Shown in pieces: positions 11,626 to 24,470 of a DNA stretch of 64,000 bases. The stretch's first letter is position 1. Every line of letters begins with the position of its first letter. Where the stretch lies: positions 11,470,001-11,534,000 of the forward strand of contig CATNEN010000007.1 in assembly GCA_950097015.1 (NCBI GenBank), given 5' to 3'. The stretch comes from Macrostomum hystrix (lineage: Eukaryota > Animalia > Platyhelminthes). The translations under genes were made by a program, and so were the position numbers. The notes beneath the pieces are model-generated. The model did not search any database. It saw only the letters and a program-made list of their open reading frames with translations, and had not been told where the DNA came from.

Positions 11626-13044
11626 ATGGAGTCTAGCATGAGCAATGAAGCATGGCGCTGCATAATTCTGGCGAATCTGATGAAATTTGCCTGCAAGCTT
11701 GTTGAGTTTGAGTTCAGCTCATTGGATCCGATTAACTTCCGGTTGAACGATACCGGAAATGAGACTGTGTGCATCTTCGATGACAGCCAAACTGATGCCA
11801 GTGCGCCCAGGCAGAGTTTCACAGCGTGGATTTACACTGCGAGGTACACGATCCCAGTTCTGGGCGGGCTGATGTCCAGCGCTTGGCTTGGATGCACCAA
11901 GGTTCTTCAAATCGGTGGTTCCGTGATGATGCTGTCGACAGTTCTCCTATCTGTTTCTGTGTACCTCGGACTCATGTGCCAAGGATCTCCACTAATTCCT
12001 GTCACGTGGCTTCTTCTACCGTTGCTGTATGGTCTCATCCAGCCCAATATTTTGCTGACGTTGTTTCGCTGGTATCGCAGGAACAAATTAAGCACAGTGG
12101 TTACTTCGATATACTATGCTGTCGCAGCATTTGGCGAGCTGGTTTCCATGCCCTTCGCCTACACTAAGATAGTTCAGGCTTTGGGAAATAACTTCACACT
12201 GGTGCTCGTGGTTGTGAGTGCCCTCTTCTTGACGCTGACAGTGTTCTTACCAGAACTGCGAGAGGAGGAGCCGTTTGAACTTCCACGACGAAGTAGAATG
12301 ATAAAGTACTTCCAAGTCTTCTCGGCGTTGATTCTCTTCTTGACCTTCGTTGGTGATGATAGATCAAAGATACACAAATTTGAAATCAGCACCTTCATGA
12401 ACGAGACGATCGACATTACTGAGCACCCATGGCTGTCACCCGATTTCGTGAAAAACCTCAGCTTGATCTTCTTCGCTTTGGTGACAATTTTAGCTTCGCT
12501 CAAGAGCCGGAGAAGGCTGTCAGTGCCGTCACGCATGCTGTCCGGAGTTCTGCTGAAGGCTGCAACCGAGCTGCTTCTTGTTATAGTCACAGCGGTTGGA
12601 CTGACCAGGTCATCAACTGTGGCTGTGTACTCTCTGGTCTCCATCCTCGACGGAGCGTCAGAGCTGCTGGTGATGGTCGCAGCCTACGATCTCGGGTGCT
12701 CGATCCTTCCAGGCAGCGCTCAGTGTCTGATACTCGGTGTGATGTACACTGTCAGAGGCCTTTCTAACTTCGTGAGTCGCGGGTTGCTATTTATCGCGCT
12801 TGAAATTTTCAAGGCGCGAATAGGAACCAGACCATTGTTCTTCGTGTACCATCTGATCGCTCTCCTGATGCTTATGGGCTGCTTTGCTTGCTGCAAATTA
12901 CTTTCTCTGAAGATTGCAGCTAGCTTTCCCGAAACCGAAGAAGAAGAAAATGACACGGACGAAGAGCATTCGGACCAGTTTATTGACGACGATTGCTATC
13001 AGGGCTCGAACTCAGAGCGGCGCCCTTTGTTGAACGCAGCGTAA
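11626..13044 (+). CDS. Intronless POT/PTR2 (SLC15-like) MFS transporter, divergent, copy 1
   Basis: Multi-pass membrane ORF. YTIPVLGGLMSSAWLGCTKVLQIGG corresponds to the PTR2 Y-x-x-P-x-x-G-G-x-x-A-D-x-x-L-G motif, and SELLVMVAAYDLGCSILPGSAQ corresponds to the TM10 E..GLEF.YS.AP.SM segment. Paralog alignment favours the ATG at 11626 or 11638 rather than 11548. Confidence 0.75.
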   Translation: MESSMSNEAWRCIILANLMKFACKLVEFEFSSLDPINFRLNDTGNETVCIFDDSQTDASAPRQSFTAWIYTARYTIPVLGGLMSSAWLGCTKVLQIGGSVMMLSTVLLSVSVYLGLMCQGSPLIPVTWLLLPLLYGLIQPNILLTLFRWYRRNKLSTVVTSIYYAVAAFGELVSMPFAYTKIVQALGNNFTLVLVVVSALFLTLTVFLPELREEEPFELPRRSRMIKYFQVFSALILFLTFVGDDRSKIHKFEISTFMNETIDITEHPWLSPDFVKNLSLIFFALVTILASLKSRRRLSVPSRMLSGVLLKAATELLLVIVTAVGLTRSSTVAVYSLVSILDGASELLVMVAAYDLGCSILPGSAQCLILGVMYTVRGLSNFVSRGLLFIALEIFKARIGTRPLFFVYHLIALLMLMGCFACCKLLSLKIAASFPETEEEENDTDEEHSDQFIDDDCYQGSNSERRPLLNAA

Positions 13045-13475
13045 GGCTCATCAATTTGTCTATAAAAATTAGAACGTGACGCGATACATTGACACCAATA
13101 CAAAAGCTAACAGCTCCTGTATTTTCTTTTTCCGCCTTGCCTTTGTTAAGCTCACTGAAATCTTTAAAAAAATTACCTGTTCAAATTTTGCCGTAGCTGC
13201 GCCTGATTGTGCTTTTATCCGTTTTTTCCGATTATTGAATTTTAATCCTGAGATCGACATACTTTTGTCACATTAATTATAATAATAAATTATACACTGG
13301 TCTTGAATCCCGACTCAACTTCTGAACTCAGCTTTGCATGTTTGAAATTCTGTTCGCTCAGGTTTCATGCATAAAAAATACAAAGTGAATGTGCGTGCTT
13401 TTTTCACAACAATATAAACAAGTCTGAGTTGTCAAAACTATTTTTGCATTTCATCACGGGTAAATGTAGACACGA

Positions 13476-14258
13476 AAAATAAAACGGTGAGTGAAAATAT
13501 AATAGTGAGTGATGAGAAATTCTCCGGAAAATAAAACGGTGAGTGAAATTATAATAGTGAGTGGTGAGAAATTCTCCGGAAAATACAACGGTGAGTGAAA
13601 ATATAACAGTGAGTGGTGAGAAATTCTCCGGAAAATACAACGGTGAGTGAAAATATAACAGTGAGTGGTGAGAAATTCTCCGGAAAATACAACGGTGAGT
13701 GAAAATATAACAGTGAGTGGTGAGAAATTCTCCGGAAAATACAACGGTGAGTGAAAATATAATAGTGAGTGGTAAGAAATTCTCCGGAAAATACAACGGT
13801 GAGTGAAAATATAATAGTGAGTGATGAGAAATTCTCCGGAAAATAAAACGGTGAGTGAAAATATAATAGTGAGTGGTGAGAAATTCTCCGGAAAATACAA
13901 CGGTGAGTGAAAATATAATAGTGAGTGGTGAGAAATTCTCCGGAAAATAAGACGGTGAGTGAAAATATAATTGTGAGTGGTGAGAAATTCTCCGGAAAAT
14001 AAGACGGTGAGTGAAAATATAATTGTGAGTGGTGAGAAATTCTCCGGAAAATAAAACGGTGAGTGAAAATATAATAGTGAGTGGTGAGAAATTCTCCGGA
14101 AAATAAAACGGTGAGTGAAAATATAATAGTGAGTGGTGAGAAATTCTCCGGAAAATAAAACGGTGAGTGAAAATATAATAGTGAGTGGTGAGAAATTCTC
14201 CGGAAAATACAACGGTGAGTGAAAATATAATAGTGAGTGGTAAGAAATTCTCCGGAAA
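13476..14258. repeat. 52-bp minisatellite, ~15 copies
   Basis: Unit AAAATAAAACGGTGAGTGAAAATATAATAGTGAGTGGTGAGAAATTCTCCGG. Confidence 0.97.
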
Positions 14259-14259
14259 T

Positions 14260-14693
14260 CAACCGGAAAGTCTCTGAATCCTGATTTCTCTCAACAGAAC
14301 TGACCTCAGGGGTTTGTGCATGGCCATTACTGGTCCCGGCTTTTTCCAGAGACAAATTTCACTCCAAACCGGGTCTCCCCGCCTGCCCCTTCTGCGGCCT
14401 AGGTGAGGAAGCCGCGGCACACCACGTCATCTTCTGTCCGTTCTTTGAGAAAGAGCGCAGACAACATCTCGCTCACCCCCAAGGGATCAACGAGCTGACC
14501 ACTGCGGTGAGGATCCGCGGGCTCCAGGCCTTCATTCGACAGACCGCGCCGATGAAGATCGCCAACGCCGATGCAGCGATCCTGCCTGCTGGTGTGGGTG
14601 GACGGATCCCCAAGGTTGAGCCTCTTCTCTTTTACCTTGGGGTTGCGATAGGGGCCTAGCGGCTATTCTCGGCATTCTGCACCAGTAAGTAAG
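14260..14693 (+). mobile_element. 5'-truncated LINE 3' end with C-terminal CCHC knuckle (R1/LOA/I-group-like)
   Basis: Encodes [18 protein letters not shown], then after a frameshift [25 protein letters not shown] (C-x2-C...H...C) and LRAFIRQT. It ends in a TAAGTAAG tail. Confidence 0.7.
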
Positions 14694-15143
14694 ATGAGAA
14701 ATTCTTCCTGGATGGCTCGTGTGCATAGCATGACAGCATATAACAGCTGTTTGTGAAAGCCGTTTTGGTAAAGAAATAAATTATTTGAGATAATTTGCGA
14801 AACCAAGTCAAGAATTGTTGGTACTCGTATTTGTGTTACTGTACGGTGGTGTACAGCAAGTAAAAAGTGGTGATTAGCAAAGTAGAGAGCAACAGTCAAA
14901 AGCTGCATGGCTGGCAAGAACTGCGAATTTGAACTCAAAAAGCAGTACATTCTTGCGCATTTTGTAGTTAAGCAAACGCTTGGAAACAATTCTCCAGCCT
15001 TTACCAGCTTAACAACAGCGGAACATCTTTGCAGCTCGCCTCATGACTGCAAGAACTACTCTCAATGCGACTACTTTAAGTAGAGTACAGTCCGATGGAG
15101 TCCATTGGAGCTCACTTGCTAAAACAGGCCGCCGCAAAAGATT

Positions 15144-15665
15144 CAACAACAACAACAACAACAACAACAACAAGAGACGCTAGCCCCAAGAGTCAGGGAG
15201 GCAGCGTCAGATGGCGCGCCGCAGAGCCAGCGCGCGAACATGGTCCGCGCCGGTGGCAGTGTCGGGCGCCCCAGCGTCGCTCAGCAAGCAGTCGACGTAG
15301 CGGCGGGTCCGAGCCTGGCCGCGCCTGAACGGGCCCTGCAGGGCGAGCAGCAGGACGTCCTGGGCGGGCTGGCGGCAGTAGCTCTCGACCCGAATAACGT
15401 GGCCCGCTAGTCGAAGTCGCCGCTGGCGCAGGATGGTGGACGGGCGTTGCAGCTAGGCTCTCTCGTACAGAGCCTCGGTCCCGACGCTCTCGTCAGCTCG
15501 AAAGGCCGCACGGAGCAGCCCCGAGTGCGCCGAGTCCAGCTCCCGCTCCAGCGTAGCCGTCAGCGTCCACGACTCGGCGTTGTACAGCAGGAGGGTCTCG
15601 ACCACCGCCTGCCACAGCCAAGCCCTCTGTCGGTCAGGAATCGCCGTGGACTGGAGGACGGCCCG
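15144..15665 (-). mobile_element. 5'-truncated RTE-like LINE fragment with (TTG)n tail
   Basis: The minus strand encodes WQAVVETLLLYNAESWTLTATLERELDS...RRLRLAGHVIRVES...RRYVDCLL, typical of the RTE ORF C-terminus, with an in-frame stop. A (CAA)n run on the plus strand at 15144-15173 is the 3' tail. Confidence 0.8.
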
Positions 15666-16175
15666 TAAAAGACGACGGAAAAAGATTCAGTTGCTTTCAG
15701 AGTTGCAGAGAATTTATTCAGCTATCCAATAAAGCGTAGTAGAAGTAGCTGCAGCTGAGCCAACTGGCTGCATATCTGGCTCAAATGTTGTCGGTGTTAT
15801 TTAGTTTCTCTATCTATTTAATAGAAGCACAACTTCGCTTTATAGTAACTAAGGTAATTGCATTTGTATGCTTAAATACGAGTACTTATTTCAAAGTTTC
15901 ATGATCAGCATCGCAACCTTGTAAACTATTCACAATAGTGCGTGATTCAGTTTACTGGTCCTCTGAAAGCTAAGTAAGTCTTGATAAAACCAGTGGCACT
16001 TTCAAAGACCAAAGGATGGAGAAAATCTCTAATAGGATGTACATTCGATATAGATCTTGCAGTGCGAGCTTTGATGCACGAAGAGGTGTGTAAACAAAAA
16101 GGCATACTTGTGAAACATTTATATTTTAATTCAAGTCAATACAGTCAACAGGATTTTCAATTTCGTAAATGAAAA

Positions 16176-17603
16176 ATGCTAACAAACGCTCAAAAAATGT
16201 GCAGTATTTTCTTCGCCGGCCTGATGAAGCTACTGTACAAGCTTGTCGAGACGGAATTCAGCTCGCTGGATCCAAGCAACTTCCGTGAACTAAACAGCAC
16301 AGGAAACGGCACAGACTGGAGGAAAAGCACAGAGAACTGTCGATTTAATGTCGACAGAAGTGACGACGCGTCTGGGAGCCAGTCCCTCACGAAGTGGATT
16401 TACACTGCCAGGTACCTGATTCCAGTTCTCGGAGGACTACTGTCTAGCGCGTGGCTTGGATGCAACAAGGTCCTACAGATTGGTGGCTCCCTGATGCTGC
16501 TATCTACGGTTCTTCTGTCTGTGTCAGTGTACTTCGGGCTCATCTGCCACTTCTCTCCGATAATTATCTGTGCATGGCTGCTGCTACCAGTATTCTACGG
16601 ACTTATTCAGCCGAATATTTTGTTCATTATGTTCATTTGGAATCGTAGAAACAAGTTTTCCACTATTGTGTCCTCCATACACTATTCGGTCTCAACATTC
16701 GGATACCTGGTTTCCGTGGAGTTCGTATACACAAAAGCCTTTCGTTTGCTTGGCAGCAGCTTCACGCTTCTCTTCGTGGCTGTGAGTTTTATCTTTCTGA
16801 CAATTATCGTAACATTACCGAAAATCCCTGAAGAGGAGCCCTTTGAACTACCGACCCGGAGAAGGATGGTGAAATACTTCCAAGTATTTTCAGCTCTGAT
16901 CTTGTTCTTGACGTTTGTGAGCGACGACCGACCAACAGTTTACATAATTGAAATGAGCCACTTCACGAACTCAACGTTTGACACCGTCAATAAACCTTGG
17001 CTGGATCCAGAATGGGTTGAAAACCTGACAATGGTTGTCATGGCACCGCCGATGATACTCGCGACATTCAAGAGCCGGAGGCGTTTACCTTTTCCCTTCC
17101 GCATGTTTTTGGGGATTTTTTTAAAAGCTGCGGTCGAGTTGTTTCTGATTGTTGTTACTTTAGTCGGACTCAAAAGCAAGTCCGGAGCAGTAGCTGTGTA
17201 CTCCGGAGTCTCGATATTCGACGGAATATCAGAGTTCATGTTCATGGTGGCTGCCTACGATCTCGGATGCTCGATTCTTCCCACCAGCGCCCAGTGCCTG
17301 ATCCTCGGCGTCATGTACACAGTGAGAGATCTATCGAACTTGGTCAGTCACGGGCTGCTACTGATTTCCATCGAGATTTTTAAGATTCGAGCCGGCTCGA
17401 AGCCGCTGTTCTTCGTGTACCACCTGATTGCGCTCCTGGTGCTAATGGTCTGCTTTCTGTATCACAAATTCGTCACTCTGAAAATTGCTGCTCAACTTTC
17501 TGAGCCAGAAGATGATATTGCGGACGTTCACGCCCAGCTTATTGCTGACGATAGCCCTGTGAACTCGAACGACGAACGGCAATGCGTTTTAAATGCTTCA
17601 TAA
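16176..17603 (+). CDS. Intronless POT/SLC15-like MFS transporter, divergent, copy 2
   Basis: 475-aa ORF, collinear with copy 1 (YLIPVLGGLLSSAWLG; EEEPFELP; SEFMFMVAAYDLGCSILP; FFVYHLIALL). Confidence 0.8.
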   Translation: MLTNAQKMCSIFFAGLMKLLYKLVETEFSSLDPSNFRELNSTGNGTDWRKSTENCRFNVDRSDDASGSQSLTKWIYTARYLIPVLGGLLSSAWLGCNKVLQIGGSLMLLSTVLLSVSVYFGLICHFSPIIICAWLLLPVFYGLIQPNILFIMFIWNRRNKFSTIVSSIHYSVSTFGYLVSVEFVYTKAFRLLGSSFTLLFVAVSFIFLTIIVTLPKIPEEEPFELPTRRRMVKYFQVFSALILFLTFVSDDRPTVYIIEMSHFTNSTFDTVNKPWLDPEWVENLTMVVMAPPMILATFKSRRRLPFPFRMFLGIFLKAAVELFLIVVTLVGLKSKSGAVAVYSGVSIFDGISEFMFMVAAYDLGCSILPTSAQCLILGVMYTVRDLSNLVSHGLLLISIEIFKIRAGSKPLFFVYHLIALLVLMVCFLYHKFVTLKIAAQLSEPEDDIADVHAQLIADDSPVNSNDERQCVLNAS

Positions 17604-17979
17604 TCTAGAGATGAGAGCCCTGCTTGGCACTCTTCTGCTTGACCTGCTTGACTTCTTCGTGATAGTATAAAGGAGTCGGGAAACGGATGTATCAATTTTG
17701 CTTGTTTATAGAAAAGTTTGCCAAAATCGAACGATAAACTAAGAAGTTAAAGCTTTTCTCGTAACAATATCTAATAAATAGAAATATACTCAGCAACAGT
17801 CAAAAGTTCCACCGTCCAAGCGAGATGGAATTTTTCTCACTTATTGTGAGTGACGCAACTTGCAGCTCGCAGCGAAGCCTATTGTCACTTGGGGGGCTTG
17901 GGTCTGTGTAATGGTACAAAACTGCGTAACGTTAAGAGTCTAAATTTTCAGACTTATCCACACACACACGATTTAAAAA

Positions 17980-18925
17980 ATGGTCCGGCAGATGACTAAT
18001 GCTGAACGATGGCGTGCTGTTGGAATGCTGGAAGTCGGTGTGTCCATCAGCGAAGTTGCTCGCAAATTTGGAAGATCGTGAGTGGCAATTCGAAAACTGC
18101 TGACAAAGTCCCGTGAAACTGGCAGCGTGGAGCACGCTGCGAAAGGCAGCCAGCGCCTTGATCTCCGTGGCTCAACAGCCAGAGCAAATCGCCGTCTGCT
18201 GCGAATAGTAAAGCGAACTCCCACCCTGCCAGCTACCCTGCTCCGTCTGATGCTTCTCTGATGAGAGAAGCAGAGCAGGAAACATCCTGAGTCGAATGCC
18301 CACATCGCCAGCCGAGAGCAGTGGGAGATGCAGCGCGTCCACTGGAGGCAGCAGCAGTGGCGATGCGTTGTTTTCACTAACGAGAGCCGTTTCCGACTTT
18401 TCCAAGCAGATGGTCGCACCCGCGTTTGGCGAGAACCGCTGCAGGAGATGCTGCAGCAGCATGTACAGTGCGCTGCCTCAGTGCACGTTTGGGCCGGCAT
18501 CTCGCTACATTCAAGGACTGATATCGTATTCCTGGATGCCAAAGTGAACGCTAATAGCTACGCAGATCTTCTGCAGACTCGGTTCCTACCGTTTGCCGAC
18601 GCTGCTTTCGCAACTGCATTCTCCAGGATGATAACGCGCCGCCACACCGAGCCGATGCTGTTGGTCAAGTGAAAGAGCAGCTGCAGATCCGCACTCTGCG
18701 CTGGCTTTCCCGGTCCCCAGACATGAATCCATCGAGCCTGTCTGGGACTTTCTAAAGCGCAGCATTCGAAAAGAGAATGCACCACAGAATGTTGCGGAGC
18801 TGCGTCACGCCATTGCAAAGGCTTGGCAGCAACTTCCCCAGGACTTTCTGCGCCGCCTCATCTTGGGGATGCCCCGCAGAGTCGCCGCTCTTCTGCGTGC
18901 GAGGGGATCTCACACGCCGTATTAA
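17980..18925 (+). mobile_element. Tc1/mariner transposase relic (inactivated)
   Basis: N-terminal HTH (ERWRAVGMLEVGVSISEVARKFGRS*), WRCVVFTNESRF (first catalytic D changed to N), VWAGIS, QDDNAPPH, SPDMNP and a terminal GSHTPY*. It carries stops, frameshifts and deletions; TIRs were not clearly found. Confidence 0.88.
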
Positions 18926-19612
18926 GCATTGCGATTCTAACTGCATATTGCAGAAAAAATGTGATTTTGTGCGACTGGCGTTTATTATTGATTCAATCGC
19001 CCCTCCCTCCTCGCGGCGTAGTTGCGTAACTCGCGGGTTGAATTGTGAGCGAGAAGTTAACTCTGACTAGGCGCGATAGGGCTGGAACTTTTGACTGTTG
19101 CTGAGTGTATGTGTATTGCCTGTGTTTCTCAGGCCGACTGCTCGCTAAGGCCGTTGTGTTTGAGGCCGGTTTGTTTGGCTCGGCCTTGACCTCACCCTTT
19201 CTCTCCCTCCTCCCCCGGCCCTGCTCAGGGTGCCCTGTCTCGCCATCGGATTGGCTGGGCGCGGGCATTGTCTGTCAAACCTTACCCCAGCCCTGCGTGG
19301 CTTTGCCCCTCCCGCCAATCAGCTCTGCGTAGCTTTGCCCGTCCACCCGGCCAGTGCGTACAACCCTTGGTGGCTTGACTCTGTGTGTGCACCGCCTCCC
19401 CTGTCTGCCCCCTTGCTGCCCTATTCGTTTGTCACTATCTGCCCGTGCCGCGGCAACTGCGCTGGCTCCGGCGAACTTTTAGATTCCATCGGTAAAAACG
19501 GTCTGTTACTGCGAAGTCTAAAGTTATTGCATACAAATAAACGAAATCGAAGTCATCCTGTGTTCCGACCGGTAAGCGCTGCATTCGTGTCTTTCCTTTC
19601 ATCTCCAGCCTT

Positions 19613-20140
19613 TGGGGTGTTTTTAATCCGTCTTAATGCCGCTTGTGCTGCAGTCACCGCCAGCCCATGGGGTGTTTTTTAATCCGTTTTTAATGCCGCT
19701 TGTGCTGCAGTCACCGCCAGCCCATGGGGTGTTTTTTAATCCGTTTTTAATGCCGCTTGTGCTGCAGTCACCGCCAGCCCATGGGGTGTTTTTAATACCG
19801 TTTTTAATGCCGCTTGTGCTGCAGTCACCGCCAGCCCATGGGGTGTTTTTAATACCGTTTTTAATGCCGCTTGTGCTGCAGTCACCGCCAGCCCATGGGG
19901 TGTTTTTTAATCCGTTTTTAATGCCGCTTGTGCTGCAGTCACCGCCAGCCCATGGGGTGTTTTTAATACCGTTTTTAATGCCGCTTGTGCTGCAGTCACC
20001 GCCAGCCCATGGGGTGTTTTTAATACCGTTTTTAATGCCGCTTGTGCTGCAGTCACCGCCAGCCCATGGGGTGTTTTTAATACCGTTTTTAATGCCGCTT
20101 GTGCTGCAGTCACCGCCAGCCCATGGGGTGTTTTTAATGC
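19613..20140. repeat. 57-bp minisatellite, ~9 copies
   Basis: Unit AATGCCGCTTGTGCTGCAGTCACCGCCAGCCCATGGGGTGTTTTTAATACCGTTTTT. Confidence 0.95.
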
Positions 20141-20608
20141 CCAGCGAAATGTGTTCTGTACTCGATCCATCAGGCTGAATGGGTCAGATAGATGAGCAAA
20201 AATATACCTTAAATTCAACCCCTTTTGCTCTATTGAGCTGTGACAGAATTAAGACAGTGGGCTCCTAAATAGACGGATCGTCTCCACAAAATCCCACACC
20301 CATTACTGTATCTGTGATGTGAAACGGCTAGACAGACTATTGCTCGCAGATCCTAAAAACTAAGCTCTAAGCTCTATAAGGCCTTCCTATTGCTATTGCT
20401 GGCGAGAAATGAGAATAATGTGGCAGTGTTAGACAGAGTTGGAGGGGACGAAACTGCTTGAGTGCGTACCTTCTAGATTCTAGAGTGGAAAGATGCTTCA
20501 AGATATTTTCGGACATTTTGGCTCTACAAAAGGTGCTAGTGCAAGCTGATAAAGCTGCAGTTCTACTCATCGCCTCCTGAACTGTTCTAGCAAGCGTTTA
20601 CTTCGGAG

Positions 20609-22184
20609 ATGAGAGCTTCGGCATGGCACTGCATACTGCTGGCCAGTCAGATGAAGCTCTTGTGCAAGATTATCGAGATCGAATTTAGCACTCTGGATCC
20701 CAGGAACTTTCGCCGAACAAGCCCTGACAACAATGGCACAGATTCGCGAAAAATCGGCGAGTCGTGTTACTTTGATGGCAGCGAGAAGGAAAGTTCATCA
20801 GGAGCTAGCGTGACACTTTACGCAGTGGATTTACATCTCTCGATACATCATGCCGATTCTGGGTGGAGCCATATCCACTGCCTGGCTCGGATACATCAAG
20901 GTTCTTCAGATCGGGGGCTGTATCATGCTGCTATCAACAGTTCTTCTGTCAGTGTCAATGTATCTCGGCCCTATGTGCCAGGAATCTCCGATCATTCCAA
21001 TCACTTGGCTGCTTCTGCCATTGTTCTTTGGACTAGTTTAGCCAAATATTCTGCTCACCATGTTTCGCTGGCACAGGTACCATAAGCTTTGTACGGTGGT
21101 TTCCACGATCTATTACGGCGCTGCCGCTTTTGGACAGTTGATCTCCACATCACTGGTCCATTTCGCCAACACTCACGCTCTTGGGAGCAATTTCGCGCTG
21201 TTGTTTGTGGCTATGAGCATCTTCTTCCTGACACTGACTATGTTTCTACCACAATTTTGGGAGGAGCGTTCCTTCGAAATGCCGACGAATCAGAGGATGA
21301 TGAAGTACTTTCAAGTTTTTTCTGTTCTAATTTTATTTTTGATGTTTTTGAGTGACTCACGTTCCAAAATGTACGTGCTGGAAATAAACCACTTCTTGAA
21401 TGGCACCGTTGACTTTGTCTCTCAACCGTGGCTGTCACCTGACTGGGTAAAATGCCTCAGTTTAGTGGTCCTTGCTCCACCAATGATACTCGTTGTGATT
21501 AAGAGCCGGAGAAGGCTTACCGTGTCATCCCGCATGCTGTCTGGCATTATTTTAAAGGCTGCAATGGAACTAGTCCTGCTGGTTATCAGCAAAGTAGGGC
21601 TGAGCAGTTCATTAACAGTTGGTACGTATTCTGCAATCTCTGTTATCGATGGGGTTTCTGAGTTTCTCGTGATGATCACAGCGTACGACCTTGGTTGCTC
21701 GATTTTGCCTAGCAACGCGCAGTGTCTGATCATCGGTGTCATGTTTACCATTTGGGGAATCGCGAACTTTGCTAGCTATGGATTACTCTGGATCAGTGAC
21801 CAATTCAGAAGTAACAGCCCTGGATCGAGTTCGCAGTTTTTCGCCTATCATCTCATCGCCCTCCTGTCTCTATTTGCCTGCTTTGCTTACCACAAATTCT
21901 TCACGCTGCCGATTGCAGCGCAGCTTGTCGAGCGTTCGGAATATGAAGACATTGATTCAGCAGCTGATGAGCAGCTCACTGATGTCAGCTGGGTCGAATC
22001 TGCGCCAACAGTCTCAGTTATTTTTTTTCTCATCCTCATCATCTATCTCATGAGGAGCTCCTCATCTATTTTTTTCACGCCGGAGATCTCTTTCGTAAGC
22101 TGTCCCGGAGCTGCTAAAGTAACTACTGTTGCCGTTTTCATGACTTCTGTTCCAGAATTCACTTCTAAGCCCAGCAAGAAATAA
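20609..22184 (+). pseudogene. POT/SLC15-like transporter copy 3, disrupted
   Basis: Homologous to the other copies but split over three ORFs. There is a frameshift near 20800-20817 (FTQWIYISRY moves frame) and an in-frame TAG at 21039-21041, where paralogs have Q or H (GLV*PNIL). Confidence 0.8.
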
Positions 22185-22402
22185 ATGGAAAAATCACATC
22201 AAAACGGAAGTCATATCATTAAAGCGTGGCTTGTTTGTGCATTTTTCTGCTATCCGAGACATGGTTATAGCCTGAGAAACGGCTACCACATCTACAAGTG
22301 GCGATCAAAACATTCTGCAATCTACTCTTCTGTAGCCGCTTATGATGCACGGATTAAACAGAAGTTTGATAAACTTTTTCAAAAGTATTCTTTCTTGTCG
22401 AG

Positions 22403-22753
22403 CAGGGGTCGGCAAACTTATTAGCGTGCGGGCCACGGAGAGAACCTAAAAAGACGACAGATGGCCGTATTAACTGTGGGAATATGAGAAAGGGGACAGA
22501 TGAGACACAGGATAGATGAGACAGGGGAGAGCTGAAATCGAGGAGAGATGAGACAATTCATCTCCAGACTAGAGAGAGATGAGACAGGGAAAATATGAGA
22601 CAGGTTACAATCACGGACTACTCAAGTAGACTACTCAACTACTTCAACTATCTACTAGTGGTCCTTGGTTACAATGTGTTGGAAGGGGCAACGGTCCGGA
22701 TTTGGAGCTTTGAGGGCCGCATCTGGCCCGCGGACCGGAGTTTGCCGACCCTG
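22403..22753. mobile_element. Non-autonomous hAT-like MITE
   Basis: Terminal inverted repeats CAGGGGTCGGCAAACT (22403-22418) and AGTTTGCCGACCCTG (22739-22753), with subterminal GGGCCGC/GGCCCGCG motifs typical of hAT/Charlie ends. No clear 8-bp TSD. Confidence 0.75.
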
Positions 22754-24470
22754 TTAAAGAATTTCAACTGATTTTGTGATTGATATAGGCAATTACGCTT
22801 CTATTTACACTTTACTGGACACTAATCAATTTCTGTCTCCAGCCTTATTCAGGAATCGTCAAATCGTCAGGAATCGGACAATATCCGCTTCGTCATTTAT
22901 ATGTGCCTGCAGCTAGGCAAGAAAACTTAAAAAATTCAATTTTGAATAATTCTGACGGGCAAACGAGCAAAATAAGACGAAAGTTCGTCTGGGTGACCCT
23001 GGACATCCGTGACTGAGAAATTTTACCATTTTCTTCAACTTCCAGGGCGGGTCTATGAGACTTCCCTCAGAGTATTTCCCGCTGAGGTTGCGGATAAGTC
23101 TCGGCGCGGAAAAATCTGCGGAAAAACTTTGCTGCAGTACATTCTGGCGCGTGAAAAACGTCTGCGGGAAAGTATCGTGCTCCCGCCTGGACAGCACGCG
23201 GCGGTCGAAATTTTTTCTGAGGGCTCGGTGACCGCCAACACTGAAACCGTGCTACCGGCTCTCTCGCCAGTGGAGTGGTGCCAGGCGGCTGCTGCACCAC
23301 GACAATTCAGCACCCACACTGCACTGCAGCTTCCTGGAGCAGCAAGTAGTTCAGCTGCAAATCTATTCCCCTGTTCCATTGTAAGCGATGTGCTGTAGTC
23401 TGCTGAGCAGCCTCCAGGCAATCTGTGTGGTTAGAGCAGTCTAGGTACTGTGGGAGGGTTCGGGAGTAGGGAAATTTGCGGTTACCCGTGCACACTCATT
23501 TCCACTCGCCACCCCCTCCTCTTTCTCTCTCTCGTTCCAGCTCTGTGTGCGCACTGACTCACATTGCACTCCATGGTGCAATCGCTTCGGTTCGGAAGAA
23601 GACTGGCAGAACATCGCTCAAATGCTCCTACTATGAGTAGAGCACAGTCCGAAAAATACACGGGATGGTGTTTGCATCGTGGAAGTTCACTTCAAGCACC
23701 GTAGTCGAGCACCTAGGCTAGATTTTCTTCATGCTTTTTAGTCGTAGATTTTAAGTTTAGGACATTTCTTGTGTTCATCCGAGAGACGAAAACACGCTAT
23801 TTTCTAAGATTCATTAAGACTTAAGGAATTCCCATTCCCTGATCCCATCTTTGCTGGAGAAGTTAGCGATCCCAAGCCTGACTACCCGGTCGCTCCACTG
23901 CTAGGAAGCATCAGTGTTGAGGCCGGTAAAACCCCATCTGAGTCTTAGCGTTCCCTGTCTTGGTCATTTACCAATTGCGTGGAGCCACGCTACCACAGGT
24001 ACAACATGAGCTAGCGAAAACTAAAACATTTCCTCAGTCACATCACAAAGCATTTGCACATCAGAATTGTTAAGTATTAAAAATGTCTCTATCCTTCATT
24101 GCCGGCACTTCACAGTACTTTTGGTGTAAGAGACACTGCCATGTGCCCAAGCAACAGAGGCAAATGGCACCAGGAGAACAAACGAGTGGGTGCAGCAACT
24201 GATATTTAAATTTAATTTGCACACTGATCCGATTGCGTTTGCACAATCTGCGGTCTCCTGCTTGTCGTCCTCACGAATAAAATTTGAGGCACCTGCAGCT
24301 AGAAACGAGTCACTGAGTGACTGCATTTTGATGTGCGGGAAGCAAGAAAATTGTTTATAAATTTAGCCCTTCTTTCACCTGCAGCCGCAATAAATCTGAC
24401 GTGCAACACGACAATTCACTTGAAAGATTTTCGGTACTGTTTCTGCACTGCTGGTAACTCGCCCAGTGAA

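Noticed and set aside
13404-14355. Long repetitive ORFs over the 52-bp array
   Set aside because: These are translations of a stop-poor satellite in several frames.
22913-23500. ORFs at 22913-23495
   Set aside because: No recognisable domain or splice pattern. Possibly a repeat fragment, but unsupported.
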